Shown here: positions 35,813 through 47,890 of the stretch, piece by piece | Layout of the letters: each line of letters opens with the position of its first letter | Position numbering within the stretch: position 1 is the stretch's first letter | From: Terriglobia bacterium | Lineage (GTDB): Bacteria > Acidobacteriota > Terriglobia > JAJPHL01 > JAPKYU01 | Direction: 5' to 3' | Assembly: GCA_965206645.1 (NCBI GenBank) | Contig: CBDBKE010000002.1 | Location: 608,001-672,000, forward strand | Length of the DNA stretch: 64,000 bases | Position numbers and translations under genes: made by a program | Notes under the pieces: model-generated | What the model saw: only the letters and a program-made list of their open reading frames with translations | Told to the model about the DNA's origin: nothing | Database searches by the model: none

Positions 35813-36280
35813 ATGCCCAAGGAGGCCAGGAGGAAACTGGAGGAAGAAATCCGGCGAATTGAGCATGAGCTGCACCACGAGCTGCCCAGGGAACTCAAGA
35901 CGGCGATCGCGCTGGGGGATCTCAGCGAGAATGCCGAGTACCAGTCCGCCAAGCAGCGCCAGGAGATCCTGCGGGCCCGCCTGGGACAACTGAAGAAACG
36001 CCTGGGCGACATCGCCATGGTCAACCTGTCGAAGATCCCACGGGACCAGGTGGCCTTCGGCTCCCAGGTGCTGCTCTATGACTTGCAGAAGGAGGCCGAG
36101 GTCCGCTACAAGCTAGTGACCACCGAAGAGTCGGATGTGGCGCAAGGCCTCATTTCCAGCACCTCCCCCATCGGACGGGGCCTGGCGGGCAAGCGGGTCG
36201 GGGATGCGGTGAAGGTCCAGACGCCGGCCGGCGTGAAGGAGTTTGAGATTCTGGAACTCAAGACGATCCACGACGAGTAA
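35813..36280 (+). CDS. greA: Transcription elongation factor GreA
   Basis: GDLSENAEY, IS..SPIGR.L.GK..GD. TATAAT ends 7 nt before the ATG at 35813. Confidence 0.93.
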   Translation: MPKEARRKLEEEIRRIEHELHHELPRELKTAIALGDLSENAEYQSAKQRQEILRARLGQLKKRLGDIAMVNLSKIPRDQVAFGSQVLLYDLQKEAEVRYKLVTTEESDVAQGLISSTSPIGRGLAGKRVGDAVKVQTPAGVKEFEILELKTIHDE

Positions 36281-36306
36281 CTGACGGACTCTCCCCAAGC
36301 CAGTCC

Positions 36307-36933
36307 ATGTTGACGGTTACCCGAAGTATCGGACACGCGGCAGGTTTCCTGCTGGATGGCATTCTGCGCGCGCTGGTCCTCTCCCGCATTCCTCCCAATG
36401 TCCTGACCGCCGTCGGCCTGCTGCTGAACATCGCCGCCGCCTGCGCCTTTGGCTATGGCGAATTCCTGCTGGCCGGGCTGATCATGCTGGCGGCATCTTT
36501 GTTCGACTTCCTGGACGGTCCGGTCGCGCGCAAGACGAATCAGGCCACTCCATTTGGAGGTTTCTTTGATTCGGTGGTCGATCGCTACTCGGACCTCGCT
36601 CTCTATTTCGGCCTGCTGGTCTACTACGCGCGCCTCAACCTGTTCTTCTACGTGGTGCTGGTGGCGCTGGCCATGACCGGTTCGGTCATGGTGTCCTACA
36701 CGCGGGCCCGGGCAGAGTCTCTCATCGGCTCCTGCAAGGTCGGCTTCATGGAGCGGCCTGAGCGTATTGTGCTGATGATCATCGGCGCCTTGTTTGACCG
36801 CATGGCGCCCGTGCTGTGGGTGATTGCCGTGCTGGCCAACGTCACCGTTGTGCACCGCATCATCTACACCTGGCAGAAGACCCGCCAGGCTGCTTCCCCG
36901 CCGGCTACCCGGGTCGTGCACGTCGGCGACTAG
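36307..36933 (+). CDS. CDP-alcohol phosphatidyltransferase
   Basis: PN.LT, DFLDG..AR.......GG.FDS..DR..D, SY.RARAE. Confidence 0.93.
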   Translation: MLTVTRSIGHAAGFLLDGILRALVLSRIPPNVLTAVGLLLNIAAACAFGYGEFLLAGLIMLAASLFDFLDGPVARKTNQATPFGGFFDSVVDRYSDLALYFGLLVYYARLNLFFYVVLVALAMTGSVMVSYTRARAESLIGSCKVGFMERPERIVLMIIGALFDRMAPVLWVIAVLANVTVVHRIIYTWQKTRQAASPPATRVVHVGD

Positions 36934-36949
36934 TGAGGCTCCTCCTTCG

Positions 36950-37096
36950 CGCGGGAGGGAACTCGCGCAGGATTTCTACCATCCCGAAATAGTCCTTTAA
37001 CGCGTGCAGCCGCGTCCAAGGCATCCTGTAGCGCCCGCTCACCAGGTCCTTGTAGAAGGGCTGGTGCATGTGCCAGAGGAAACAGACGCGGATCAT
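36950..37096 (-). pseudogene. 5' fragment (about 47 aa) of a GH57 glycoside hydrolase
   Basis: [17 protein letters not shown]......[19 protein letters not shown], after which similarity ends at the converging gene end. Confidence 0.8.
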
Positions 37097-37098
37097 TG

Positions 37099-37158
37099 GG
37101 TTAGGTCCCAGGTTAGGCCTCAGGTTAGGCCCCGGGTTAGACTTCGGGTTAGGCCTCG
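37099..37158. repeat. 12-bp tandem repeat x5 filling the spacer between a stop codon and the GH57 start
   Basis: GGTTAGGTCCCA, GGTTAGGCCTCA, GGTTAGGCCCCG, GGTTAGACTTCG, GGTTAGGCCTCG. Confidence 0.85.
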
Positions 37159-37487
37159 GCCGCCGGCGACCGCAGGGCCGAGTGCAGGTCTTGCTGGAAC
37201 GTGCCGTAGCGGTCGAGCAGCTCGGGCGTGGCCAGCACTTCCCTACTCTTAGCGACAAAAAAGCTGGCTGGCCCGCGCTGGACGAGAAGGCCGATCTGCC
37301 CCTCGATGAGGTAGCCGGCCGAGCTGAACTGGCGGATTTCGCCACTGGCGGTATATTCCAGTAGCGCTACAAAGCCCTCGCGCTCGGCAGCTACCTGGCG
37401 CTCGTAGCGGGGCAGCGTCAGGAATTGAAAGCCAAGGTCACGAAGTTTCGCCAGCGCTTGGGGCGCCTGCATCTCAGCATCCTTCAC
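37149..37487 (-). CDS. Hypothetical protein
   Basis: Globular-looking composition; operon position upstream of the GH57 fragment. Confidence 0.65.
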   Translation of the reverse strand: MKDAEMQAPQALAKLRDLGFQFLTLPRYERQVAAEREGFVALLEYTASGEIRQFSSAGYLIEGQIGLLVQRGPASFFVAKSREVLATPELLDRYGTFQQDLHSALRSPAAEA

Positions 37488-37849
37488 TGTTCAACCCTGC
37501 CGGCACGTTTTCCCGTCCTGCAGGATCCTCTCTGAAGGCCCTGGGGGCACTTGATGATAGCCCCAACGATTCGCCGTCGCCTGCACCAATACCTTCGAAC
37601 TACCCCCTCGTCCTGCAGCACGCTCTGAATCTTCGATCACCCACCTGGGTTCGCCGGTGCTCCCCTTCATACGGGCCGAAGGTAGGAGACCAACGTTGTC
37701 GCCGGAGGTCCCGGCGCTACTGAGTCTCATTATCAGGGTCGGGCAATACGGAGAGTGTGGAGCCCGCCCCTGCAAAAAGGGCGCTGCTGCGCCGTGGCGG
37801 CGGGCAACCGAGATGTACGAGCACGACGATGATTTCGTGCCCGTGAACC

Positions 37850-38893
37850 CTATCTTGAACCCTTGCGCTGGCTCTCCATACCTGCCAGTAGAGCCTGAAG
37901 GACGGCCACAGCGGCAGCGGCACCCTCCCCGGCATGCGGGGGCAAAGGCGCAGGCGGCTCCCCTTGCAGAAGCGTGCGCAGGGCCTCTGGCGTCCGGGCA
38001 TTAGGCGCGTTGAATGTACGCCCAAACTGGTCGTCGTACATCCGGCGGCAGGGCACGAAAATGGCCGGAGTAGCGGTCAGGGCAACTTCGTGGAACAGGT
38101 TATAGCCGCCGGCTGCGATGACCAGTTCCACCCGGGGCATCCAGCTTACCGCCGGGTAGGACTCGGCGGGCCCCAGAATTCGCAATTCTTTGCTGCGCTG
38201 GCGAGCGACTTCCTGCGCCACTTCGAGATAGGGTTCACTGCCCTCGCCCCAGTTCACAAACAGCCACCCGGAGCGGGAACGGGCCGGCGGCACCTCACGA
38301 GCCTCACGCACCGTCACCGGGGGCACATCCACAGTTCGCTGGCTGAGCGTTTGCAACTCTAGCGCGTCGGCGATGCGCACCGCCAAACGGTAGTGTTGGC
38401 CCAAAAACGCCGCCACTTTGAACTGGCGCAGGTAGGAGGGATTCAAATAGCGCTGGATTAGCACTGCCGGGCACGGCAACGAAGGTATCAACTCCGCAAT
38501 TTCTCCCACAATCCCGCGAGGAAACGTGTCCACCACCAGCAGCTTCGGCTTGGCCCGGCGCACCGCCCGCTCCAAAAATTGGGGCTCCGGCCCGGGAATT
38601 TGTTTGACCGCTACGCCCTGGCGCGAGGCCAGCGGAGCAAATGTTGAGTATGTCACCAGCAGCGCGGAGCGCCGGGTATGCGCTTTCCAGCGACGAAGAA
38701 TAGCCAGCCCACGGGTCAGCTGTCCTAAGCCGGCACCCGGTGCGTAATAGAGCAGAGTGACGCCCGGTTCAGCTCGCTGCTTTGTCTGTTTTAAAGGCCT
38801 CTTGGGCCGGGCCGGTTTCAATGGCATCTTAGGGCGGGTCCGTTTCAAAGGCCTCTTGGGCCGGGCCGGTTTCCGTTTGCGGTGCCGTTTCAA
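37850..38893 (-). CDS. GT-B-fold glycosyltransferase-like protein (start uncertain)
   Basis: YAPGAGLGQLTR, VVDTFPRG, AAGGYN..HE, DDQFGR motifs; basic N-terminal repeat. Confidence 0.72.
   Translation of the reverse strand: MKRHRKRKPARPKRPLKRTRPKMPLKPARPKRPLKQTKQRAEPGVTLLYYAPGAGLGQLTRGLAILRRWKAHTRRSALLVTYSTFAPLASRQGVAVKQIPGPEPQFLERAVRRAKPKLLVVDTFPRGIVGEIAELIPSLPCPAVLIQRYLNPSYLRQFKVAAFLGQHYRLAVRIADALELQTLSQRTVDVPPVTVREAREVPPARSRSGWLFVNWGEGSEPYLEVAQEVARQRSKELRILGPAESYPAVSWMPRVELVIAAGGYNLFHEVALTATPAIFVPCRRMYDDQFGRTFNAPNARTPEALRTLLQGEPPAPLPPHAGEGAAAAVAVLQALLAGMESQRKGSR
38790..38870. repeat. 27-bp tandem repeat x3 encoding KPARPKRPL-type basic units
   Basis: TTYAAAGGCCTCTTGGGCCGGGCCGGT units at 38790 and 38844, with a diverged copy at 38817. 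Confidence 0.8.
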
Positions 38894-39077
38894 ATGTCTT
38901 GCGATCCCCCAGGTTGAGATTGTCGTGGCGGTATTTGACGCTCACAACGGTTCATGCACTCACAGACACCGGTGCGCACGTGCTTCATCTGCCTCTCAGC
39001 CGGCGCAGTTTAACTCAACCGCGCCTGCTTGGAACGCTAATTTCTCACCAAAGCAGATGACCCGGGAAGGGGCCGGC

Positions 39078-39989
39078 TTACAACTCTAGTTTTTTCAAGA
39101 AGTTGCGCGCCACCTCCTGGACGTCGCGGTGCTGGCCGTCCAGAGCATAATTGAGGCGGCGCATCTGATCCTCGGAAATCGCGTCCCCTAGTTCGGCCAG
39201 TGCTTGACGTACAACAGGGTGGCGGGCCAGCGTCTGCTGCCGGACGATCGGGACCGCCTCATAGGGTGGGAAGTAGTTTCGGTCGTCTTCGAGCACGGTC
39301 AGGTCCAGGGCCTCAATCAGGCCGTCGGTGGAATTGCCAGCCACCAGGTCCACCTGTTTTTCCTTCAGGGCCCGGTACAACAGCCCCAATTCCATGAGCC
39401 GGGGTGCACTGGCAAAGCGCAGCCCGTAGGTGCTGGCCAGCCCCGGAAAGCCGTCGGGTCGCTCCAGGAATTCGAATCCAAAGGCGACCCGCCACTGAGG
39501 TGCGTACGCCGCAATCTGTGAGAGCGACTTCAGTCCCAGGCGCCGCGCATCCTCGCCGCGGATCACGATGGCAAAGGTATTGTTGAACCCCAGCGGCTCG
39601 GCTACCTCCAGCCCGAAGCGCTGGGCATAGGCGGCTTTAACTCGCTCGTACACCTCTTGTTGGCTGCCTCGCGGAGGTTCCTTGAGGATGGCAGTCAGAG
39701 CTGTGCCGGTGTAATCGACATAAAGATCAATCCGTCCGGCAAGAATGGCCTGGTGGCAGATGTAGGTGCCACTCAGATAAAAGCGTCGTGAGACTTCCAG
39801 ACCTTTGGACTCCAGGTGCTGGGCAATCAGCTCGCCCAGAATGACCTGTTCGGTGAAATTCTTGGAACCGACGACCAGACGGTCTTCCCGCGCCGGCCCA
39901 CATCCGGTCAGCAAACACGCGGCCAGGGCAATGAGCCCGAAGCAGCGTCGAATCCTTACAAGCGGGGTTACCCGGAGGCTCGGAGCCAT
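39078..39989 (-). CDS. Osmoprotectant (glycine betaine/choline) ABC substrate-binding lipoprotein
   Basis: Lipobox LTGC, VGSKNFTEQ, YTGT, GFNNT, RPDG, LEDDR.YFPPY. Confidence 0.93.
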   Translation of the reverse strand: MAPSLRVTPLVRIRRCFGLIALAACLLTGCGPAREDRLVVGSKNFTEQVILGELIAQHLESKGLEVSRRFYLSGTYICHQAILAGRIDLYVDYTGTALTAILKEPPRGSQQEVYERVKAAYAQRFGLEVAEPLGFNNTFAIVIRGEDARRLGLKSLSQIAAYAPQWRVAFGFEFLERPDGFPGLASTYGLRFASAPRLMELGLLYRALKEKQVDLVAGNSTDGLIEALDLTVLEDDRNYFPPYEAVPIVRQQTLARHPVVRQALAELGDAISEDQMRRLNYALDGQHRDVQEVARNFLKKLEL

Positions 39990-40618
39990 TTCTCCACCAG
40001 TCCCAGGCCGAGATCGGCCGCCAGTGCCAGCAGCGCAGCGGGGATGGCGCCGGCCAGGATCAGCGTGTTGTTGACCATCGCCACACCACGAAAGATGTAC
40101 GTGCCCAAGCCTCCCGCGCCGACTGCGGCGGCAATCGTGGCCAGGCCCACCGAAATCACCACAGCCACGCGTACCCCGGCAAGGATCACTCCCAACGACA
40201 GCGGCAGCTGCACCTGAAAAAGCAGTTGCCGGGCGGTCATCCCCATGCCGCGCCCTGCCTCCACAACGGCCCGATCCACGCCGAGTATGCCGGCGTAGGT
40301 GTTGCGAATGATCGGCAGCAGGGCATAGAGAGTCAAGGCAAAGATCGCCAGGCGATCGGCTCGGTCGCCAAGCCAGGGCATCGGTAACAGGAAACCGAAC
40401 AACGCCAGGCTGGGAATGGTCTGCATGACATTGGCGCTGCCCAGGATGGGCTTGCTTAAGGCGGGCCAGCGGGTCAGCAGGATGCCCAGCGGCAGACCGA
40501 TGGCTACGGCCAGCGCTGTGGACGCACCTACCAGCCACATGTGCTCCAGCGCCAGCTCGAACACTTCCGCCCTGTTGCGGAGAAAGTATTGCAGCACATC
40601 ATTCACGGTAAACCTCAA
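39968..40618 (-). CDS. Osmoprotectant ABC permease
   Basis: QTIPSLAL, LYALLPIIRNT, EAGRGMGM (EAA loop), GAGGLG. Confidence 0.94.
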   Translation of the reverse strand: MRFTVNDVLQYFLRNRAEVFELALEHMWLVGASTALAVAIGLPLGILLTRWPALSKPILGSANVMQTIPSLALFGFLLPMPWLGDRADRLAIFALTLYALLPIIRNTYAGILGVDRAVVEAGRGMGMTARQLLFQVQLPLSLGVILAGVRVAVVISVGLATIAAAVGAGGLGTYIFRGVAMVNNTLILAGAIPAALLALAADLGLGLVEKWLRASG

Positions 40619-40636
40619 CTCCCGGCACGGTAAACC

Positions 40637-41413
40637 TCAGCTCCGGGAGATTGTTTTTTCTCCAGCACCAAAGGCAGCCAGGTACGCGGCCGCCACAGGC
40701 TCGGTAGCGTGCACAAAGTCGGCCGCGGTGTACAGGCCCACCAGGCGGCCGCCTTCTTGCAGTGCAATACGCGTGCCCAGATGCAGGGCTTCGCGCAGGT
40801 CATGGGTCACGAACACAATGGTCTTGTTAAGCCTCCGCTGCAATGCTTGGAATTCACGTTGCATTTCGGCGCGCGTGATTGGATCCAGCGCCCCAAACGG
40901 CTCATCCATCAGCAGAATGGGCGGGTCGGCGGCCAGGGCGCGCGCCACCCCGACCCGCTGTCGCTGCCCGCCGGAGAGTTCGCGGGGGTAGCGCGTGGCG
41001 AATTGCGGATCCAGTCCTACCAGCAGCAGCAGTTCCTGAACTCGCTTGTTAGCACGTTCGGCTGGCCAGCCTTCCAGGCTGGGCACCAGGGCAATGTTGC
41101 GCTCCACGGTAAAGTGGGGGAACAGGCCGGTTTCCTGGATCACGTAGCCGATGCCGCGCCGCAGTCGGATCGGATCCCACTCCGTCGTTGGACGGCCCTC
41201 CACACGCACCTCGCCTTCGCTGGGCACCAGCAGACGGTTGACCAGCTTCAGGGTGGTGGTCTTGCCCGAGCCGCTGCGTCCTAACAGAACCAGGGTTTCT
41301 CCGCGCCGCACCTGTAGGTCTAACTTGTGCAGCAGCTCCTGCTTTGGGCCCAAGCGATAGGAAACTTCGCGGAATTCGATAACGATTTCGTTCCCAGCGG
41401 CTGCGTTGTTCAT
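40637..41413 (-). CDS. Osmoprotectant ABC ATP-binding protein
   Basis: GRSGSGKTT, LRR.IGYVIQ..GLFPH, LSGGQRQR, MDEPFGALD. Confidence 0.95.
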   Translation of the reverse strand: MNNAAAGNEIVIEFREVSYRLGPKQELLHKLDLQVRRGETLVLLGRSGSGKTTTLKLVNRLLVPSEGEVRVEGRPTTEWDPIRLRRGIGYVIQETGLFPHFTVERNIALVPSLEGWPAERANKRVQELLLLVGLDPQFATRYPRELSGGQRQRVGVARALAADPPILLMDEPFGALDPITRAEMQREFQALQRRLNKTIVFVTHDLREALHLGTRIALQEGGRLVGLYTAADFVHATEPVAAAYLAAFGAGEKTISRS

Positions 41414-41697
41414 CTTGCGCCTGTAGCGGCCAGCACCATCAGGAAGCGTCATGTTTGCATGGGGTTTGGTAGGCGTCAAGTTCCGAAGAACGCTCAGGCA
41501 GCCGCCAGAAACAGCTCTCGGTGTTGGCCCGGATCGCGTAAAGACGATCGTGTAAAGACAACTGAGAACTCAGACGCCGGAACATCTTCGAACCCGACTG
41601 TACTTTTCCCAGCTTCTGTGCAACGATTCCCCTTAGAGGGCCTCTAGGCAATTCTCTGGCCGGTGGAACCTGCGGGGCATTGCGCAATCTGCATGTG

Positions 41698-43968
<2,271 letters not shown>

Positions 43969-44176
43969 CGCCGCGTCCGGAAAAGTCCGCCCCGCTCGTA
44001 GCCACCTTCTAGCAGGCTGGGGGAGGACCGGGCCAACGCTCCTGAACGATCCCGACTCCGAATCCGGTCCCTTTTCACAGCGGTTGGAGAGCGGCACGCG
44101 TCAGTAAGCGATCTAGCCTTCCAGTCGATGGCTCCGGGCGGCGGCGGCGTTCGGTATAATAGGGGCCGGCCTCTCG

Positions 44177-45331
44177 ATGGTGGACCAGCCTGAACAGCCA
44201 AGAATCTTTGTCTCGGCAGGAGAAGCCTCCGGAGACATGTACGCGGCCTGGTTTGTGGAGGCGCTGCGCGAGCGCGTTCCGGAAGCGGAATGCTTCGGTT
44301 GCGCCGGCCCGCGCCTGCGCGACGTGGGTTGTGCGGCTCTGCTCCGTTCAGAAAGCATCGCCATGGTGGGCGTGGCCGAGGTGGCTGCGGAAATCCCGCG
44401 GGTCTGGCGCCAGTACCGACGGCTGGCAACTGACGCTCTGGAGCGTCGCCCCGAACTGGCGGTGTTGGTGGATGCGCCGAGTTTCAACTTGCGCCTGGCG
44501 CGCCATTTTCACCGCCATGGCATTCCAGTGCTGTACCTGGTGGCGCCGCAGGTGTGGGCCTGGAAGCCGTGGCGAGTGGGGCAGTTGCGGCGTTTGGTGG
44601 ATCGGCTGCTGTGCATCTTCCCCTTCGAGGAAACCTGGTTCCGCCAGCGCGGCGTGAGCGTCGAATACATCGGCCACCCGCTCGCCGGCCGCGTTCGCCC
44701 GCGGTGGAGTCGCGAAGAATTTTTTGCCAGGCAACGGCTCGACTTGCGACAGCCACTGCTGGCCCTGCTACCCGGCAGCCGGCGCCGCGAAGTATCGTTG
44801 AACCTGCCGGTGCTGCTGGAAGCGGCGGGGCGCTGCGGCGCCCAGAGCCTGATCGCCGCGCCGCCGGAACTACCCTTGCCTGAGGCGCCCCTTCCCGTGG
44901 TGCGCGGCGCCACCTACGACGTGCTGGCCCACGCGGACCTGGCACTGGTCGCCAGCGGCACGGCAACCGTTGAAGCGGCTTTGCTCGGCACGCCCATGGT
45001 GGTGGTCTACCGAGTGACGGAACCCACCTGGTGGCTGGGCCGTCTCTTGGTAAGGACGCCTTTCTACAGTATGGTGAACTTGGTGGCCGAGCGGCGCCTG
45101 GTCCCCGAGTTGATCCAGGATGCGTTTACCCCGACTCGGGTGACCGAAGAGGTGCGGCGCCTGCTATCGAATCGCGATGCGCGCAACGTGATGCGTGTGG
45201 GGCTGGCCGACGTGGCCCGCAAGCTGACCCCGGTCCCTGATCCCCTGGGACGAGCGGCCGACCGGGCAGTGAGAATGCTGGAGAGCGGCGCTCCGGCCGC
45301 ACCCGCAGCTGCACCCAAAGTCCTGCCCTGA
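44177..45331 (+). CDS. lpxB: Lipid-A-disaccharide synthase
   Basis: AGEASGD, DAPSFN, PQVWAW, FPFE, GHPL, LPGSR..E, ASGTAT.E, PELIQ. Confidence 0.96.
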   Translation: MVDQPEQPRIFVSAGEASGDMYAAWFVEALRERVPEAECFGCAGPRLRDVGCAALLRSESIAMVGVAEVAAEIPRVWRQYRRLATDALERRPELAVLVDAPSFNLRLARHFHRHGIPVLYLVAPQVWAWKPWRVGQLRRLVDRLLCIFPFEETWFRQRGVSVEYIGHPLAGRVRPRWSREEFFARQRLDLRQPLLALLPGSRRREVSLNLPVLLEAAGRCGAQSLIAAPPELPLPEAPLPVVRGATYDVLAHADLALVASGTATVEAALLGTPMVVVYRVTEPTWWLGRLLVRTPFYSMVNLVAERRLVPELIQDAFTPTRVTEEVRRLLSNRDARNVMRVGLADVARKLTPVPDPLGRAADRAVRMLESGAPAAPAAAPKVLP

Positions 45332-45371
45332 TCATCGTATGATTGTAGGTAGGGCCTTAAAGGAGTGTTTG

Positions 45372-47408
45372 ATGTTTTCCTCGGCTGTTCACCGCTGGAT
45401 GCTCACCGGCGACGGGCCGAAGTCCGCAGCCCGCCGGCCGCGGTCGCTCACTGCGGCCCTTTTGGCTGCGGTGCTGGCGTGTGCTTACCTCCCCCTATGG
45501 GGGCAGAGGGGCGCGCGGATCGACGTCGAGAAGTACGTGATAGATGTTGAGCTGGATCCGCGGGAGCACCTGTTGCGCGCCCGCGTGCTGGTCCAGTTCG
45601 TGCCCGTGGTGGACACGCTGTCGGCCACCTTTGAATTGAACAACAACCTGGTCCCCACCAAAATCACCGACGCCGACGGCCAGTTGCTTCTCTCGCAGCG
45701 CTTCTCCCGGCAGGGCACTTTGCGCGTCAACTTCGAGCAGCCACTGCGTGCGGCCGAAAGCACCAGCATCCTGTTTGAATACGACGGCAGGCTGGTCAGC
45801 GCCGAGAACCAGCCGGTGGAAGGATTAAAGCTGGCCTACGTCGGCGAGGAGGTCAGCTATTTGCTATATCCGGGGCGCTGGTTCCCCGTCTCTGACTACC
45901 AGGCGGACCGATTCGCTGCGGAGATGAATGTGACCGTACCACAGGGCCTAGTGGTGGTTGCGCCCGGCCGAAGTGAGCCCGTTGAGACTGGCCCGGGAGG
46001 CAGGCACACCTTCCGCTTTGTCTACGATCGCCCCGCGTTTCCCGGCAGCCTGGCGGTGGTGCGCGAGCAGCCACAACGCGTGACCAGCGGAGGCGCGCCG
46101 GTGAACGTCTATTTTCGCGGTCCTGAGCAGGCCCAGGCGCAAGCCTACGGCGAAGGCGCCGGCAAAATCCTCACCTTTTTCTCCAGTAAGTTCGGGCCGA
46201 CGCCGGACCCCACGGTATCGCTGGTGGAAATTGACGAAGGCTCGGTGAACGGCTACTCCGCGCCGGGAATTGTTTTCCTTTCTCCAGGCGCCATCGGGGA
46301 CCAGCTCAACTACCGCCTGCTGGCGCACGAGCTGGCACACCAGTGGTGGCGCGGCATCGTCAGCCCAGCTTCCCGCGCTCACCTCTGGCTGGACGAAGGG
46401 CTGGCCAGCTACAGCGAGCTGCTCTACGTGGAAGAATCCGCCGGAGAGGCAGCACTGGAGGAGGTGGTCCAGGACGTCGCGATTTCGGCACTGACCAACG
46501 ACAGGGTACCCGTCTTCCGCGCCGCCAGCCTTGAGGAGTTCTCGCTGGAGTACGACGCCGTGGTGGCGAAGAAGGGTGCGATGGTCTTGCACATGCTGCG
46601 CTGGGTCATTGGTGACGATGCTTTTTTTCAGGGTTTGCGCCAGTTTGCCTCGACCTACGCGGGCAGGCAGGCCACCACGGGCGACTTGCGGCAGGTCTTT
46701 GAGCAGGTCAGCGGACAGGATTTGAGCGGCTTTTTCATCCAGTGGCTGGAATCCCCGGGAACACCGGAGTTCAAGGCTGACTATGCCGTCTACCGCACCA
46801 GCAAGGGCTTCAGAATCGTGGGCCAGATCAAGCAGGACATGGACACCTTCCGCATGCCGGTGGAAGTGCGCATTGAAACCGACGGGGAGCCTGTCGTGCG
46901 GCGCATCGAGGTGGTCGGCACTGCCTCGGACTTCATCGTCGAAACTTTCGGACGCCCACGCACCGTGACGGTGGACCCGAACAGGCGGGTCCTGAGGTAC
47001 AACGACCAGATTCGCCTTCAGGTGGCGATTCGCAAGGGAGAGCAGTGGACCGACGTGAGCTACTACGAGGAAGCGCTGAAGGAATATCAGAAGGCGCTGG
47101 AAATCAACAAGAACAGCTCGCTGGCCCACTTTCGCGTCGCCGAGGTGTTCTTTGCCCAAAACAATTACCAGTCGGCTGCCAACGCGTTCCGCGAAGCACT
47201 CAACGGCGACCTGGAGCCGAACTGGACTGAGGTCTGGAGCCACATCAACTTGGGCAAAATCTTCGACATCACCGGGCAGCGCGAACGAGCCGTGAATGAA
47301 TATCAGCAGGCGCTTCGGACCAAGGACAATACCCAGGGCGCTCTGGCCGAAGCCGAGAAGTACTTGAAGGAACGCTATCGGCGCGAACGGCTGGCGGAAC
47401 GCTATTGA
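45372..47408 (+). CDS. M1-family zinc aminopeptidase with C-terminal TPRs
   Basis: HELAHQWW...WLDEGLASY (HEXXH-18-E), KGA.VLHMLR; signal peptide; TPR tail. Confidence 0.9.
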   Translation: MFSSAVHRWMLTGDGPKSAARRPRSLTAALLAAVLACAYLPLWGQRGARIDVEKYVIDVELDPREHLLRARVLVQFVPVVDTLSATFELNNNLVPTKITDADGQLLLSQRFSRQGTLRVNFEQPLRAAESTSILFEYDGRLVSAENQPVEGLKLAYVGEEVSYLLYPGRWFPVSDYQADRFAAEMNVTVPQGLVVVAPGRSEPVETGPGGRHTFRFVYDRPAFPGSLAVVREQPQRVTSGGAPVNVYFRGPEQAQAQAYGEGAGKILTFFSSKFGPTPDPTVSLVEIDEGSVNGYSAPGIVFLSPGAIGDQLNYRLLAHELAHQWWRGIVSPASRAHLWLDEGLASYSELLYVEESAGEAALEEVVQDVAISALTNDRVPVFRAASLEEFSLEYDAVVAKKGAMVLHMLRWVIGDDAFFQGLRQFASTYAGRQATTGDLRQVFEQVSGQDLSGFFIQWLESPGTPEFKADYAVYRTSKGFRIVGQIKQDMDTFRMPVEVRIETDGEPVVRRIEVVGTASDFIVETFGRPRTVTVDPNRRVLRYNDQIRLQVAIRKGEQWTDVSYYEEALKEYQKALEINKNSSLAHFRVAEVFFAQNNYQSAANAFREALNGDLEPNWTEVWSHINLGKIFDITGQRERAVNEYQQALRTKDNTQGALAEAEKYLKERYRRERLAERY

Positions 47409-47506
47409 TGCCTCAGTCCCAGGCCCTGAACTCAACTTCTGCAGTCCTACGCGGGCACTGACCTTTTCTGTGGCCGCGTCCAGCGGTGCGGAGTCAAGGC
47501 GGAGTG

Positions 47507-47890
47507 CTATTCCGGCGTGTAGGTGGCGGTGGTGGTGTCAGTTTCCCAGACGGTGACCGCGGCGAGCCGCACGCCATTTTCAGGACGCTGCTTGGCCAGT
47601 CGGCCATCAATCTCCTGGTAAAAATACTTCGCCAGGTTTTCCGCTGAAGGGTTCAGCCGGTCGAACGGCGCCAGGTCGTTGAGGAACTGGTGGTCTACCC
47701 GATCGGCGACCTGCCGCAGCGCGCCTTTCAACTCCACAAAGTCATACAGCAGGCCAGTGGAATCCAAATCGCGACCCTGCAGCGTTAGCCGGACCCGGTA
47801 GTTGTGGCCGTGCGTGTTTTCACATTTGCCGCGGTAACCACGTAAGGCGTGCCCAGCGGCAAAGGTATGCTCGACGGTGACTTCAAACAT
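47507..47890 (-). CDS. queD: 6-carboxy-5,6,7,8-tetrahydropterin synthase
   Basis: F.AGH.L..Y.GKC...HGHNY, DH..LN, SAEN, V.ET. Confidence 0.94.
   Translation of the reverse strand: MFEVTVEHTFAAGHALRGYRGKCENTHGHNYRVRLTLQGRDLDSTGLLYDFVELKGALRQVADRVDHQFLNDLAPFDRLNPSAENLAKYFYQEIDGRLAKQRPENGVRLAAVTVWETDTTTATYTPE

Noticed and set aside
37491-37849. ORFs in the spacer between the glycosyltransferase and the hypothetical gene
   Set aside because: No frame gives a recognisable domain, RBS or convincing start; possibly decayed sequence, but I cannot assign it.
39990-40538. Long N-terminal extension of the ABC substrate-binding protein
   Set aside because: It is an alternate frame over the permease; the lipoprotein signal begins near 39989.
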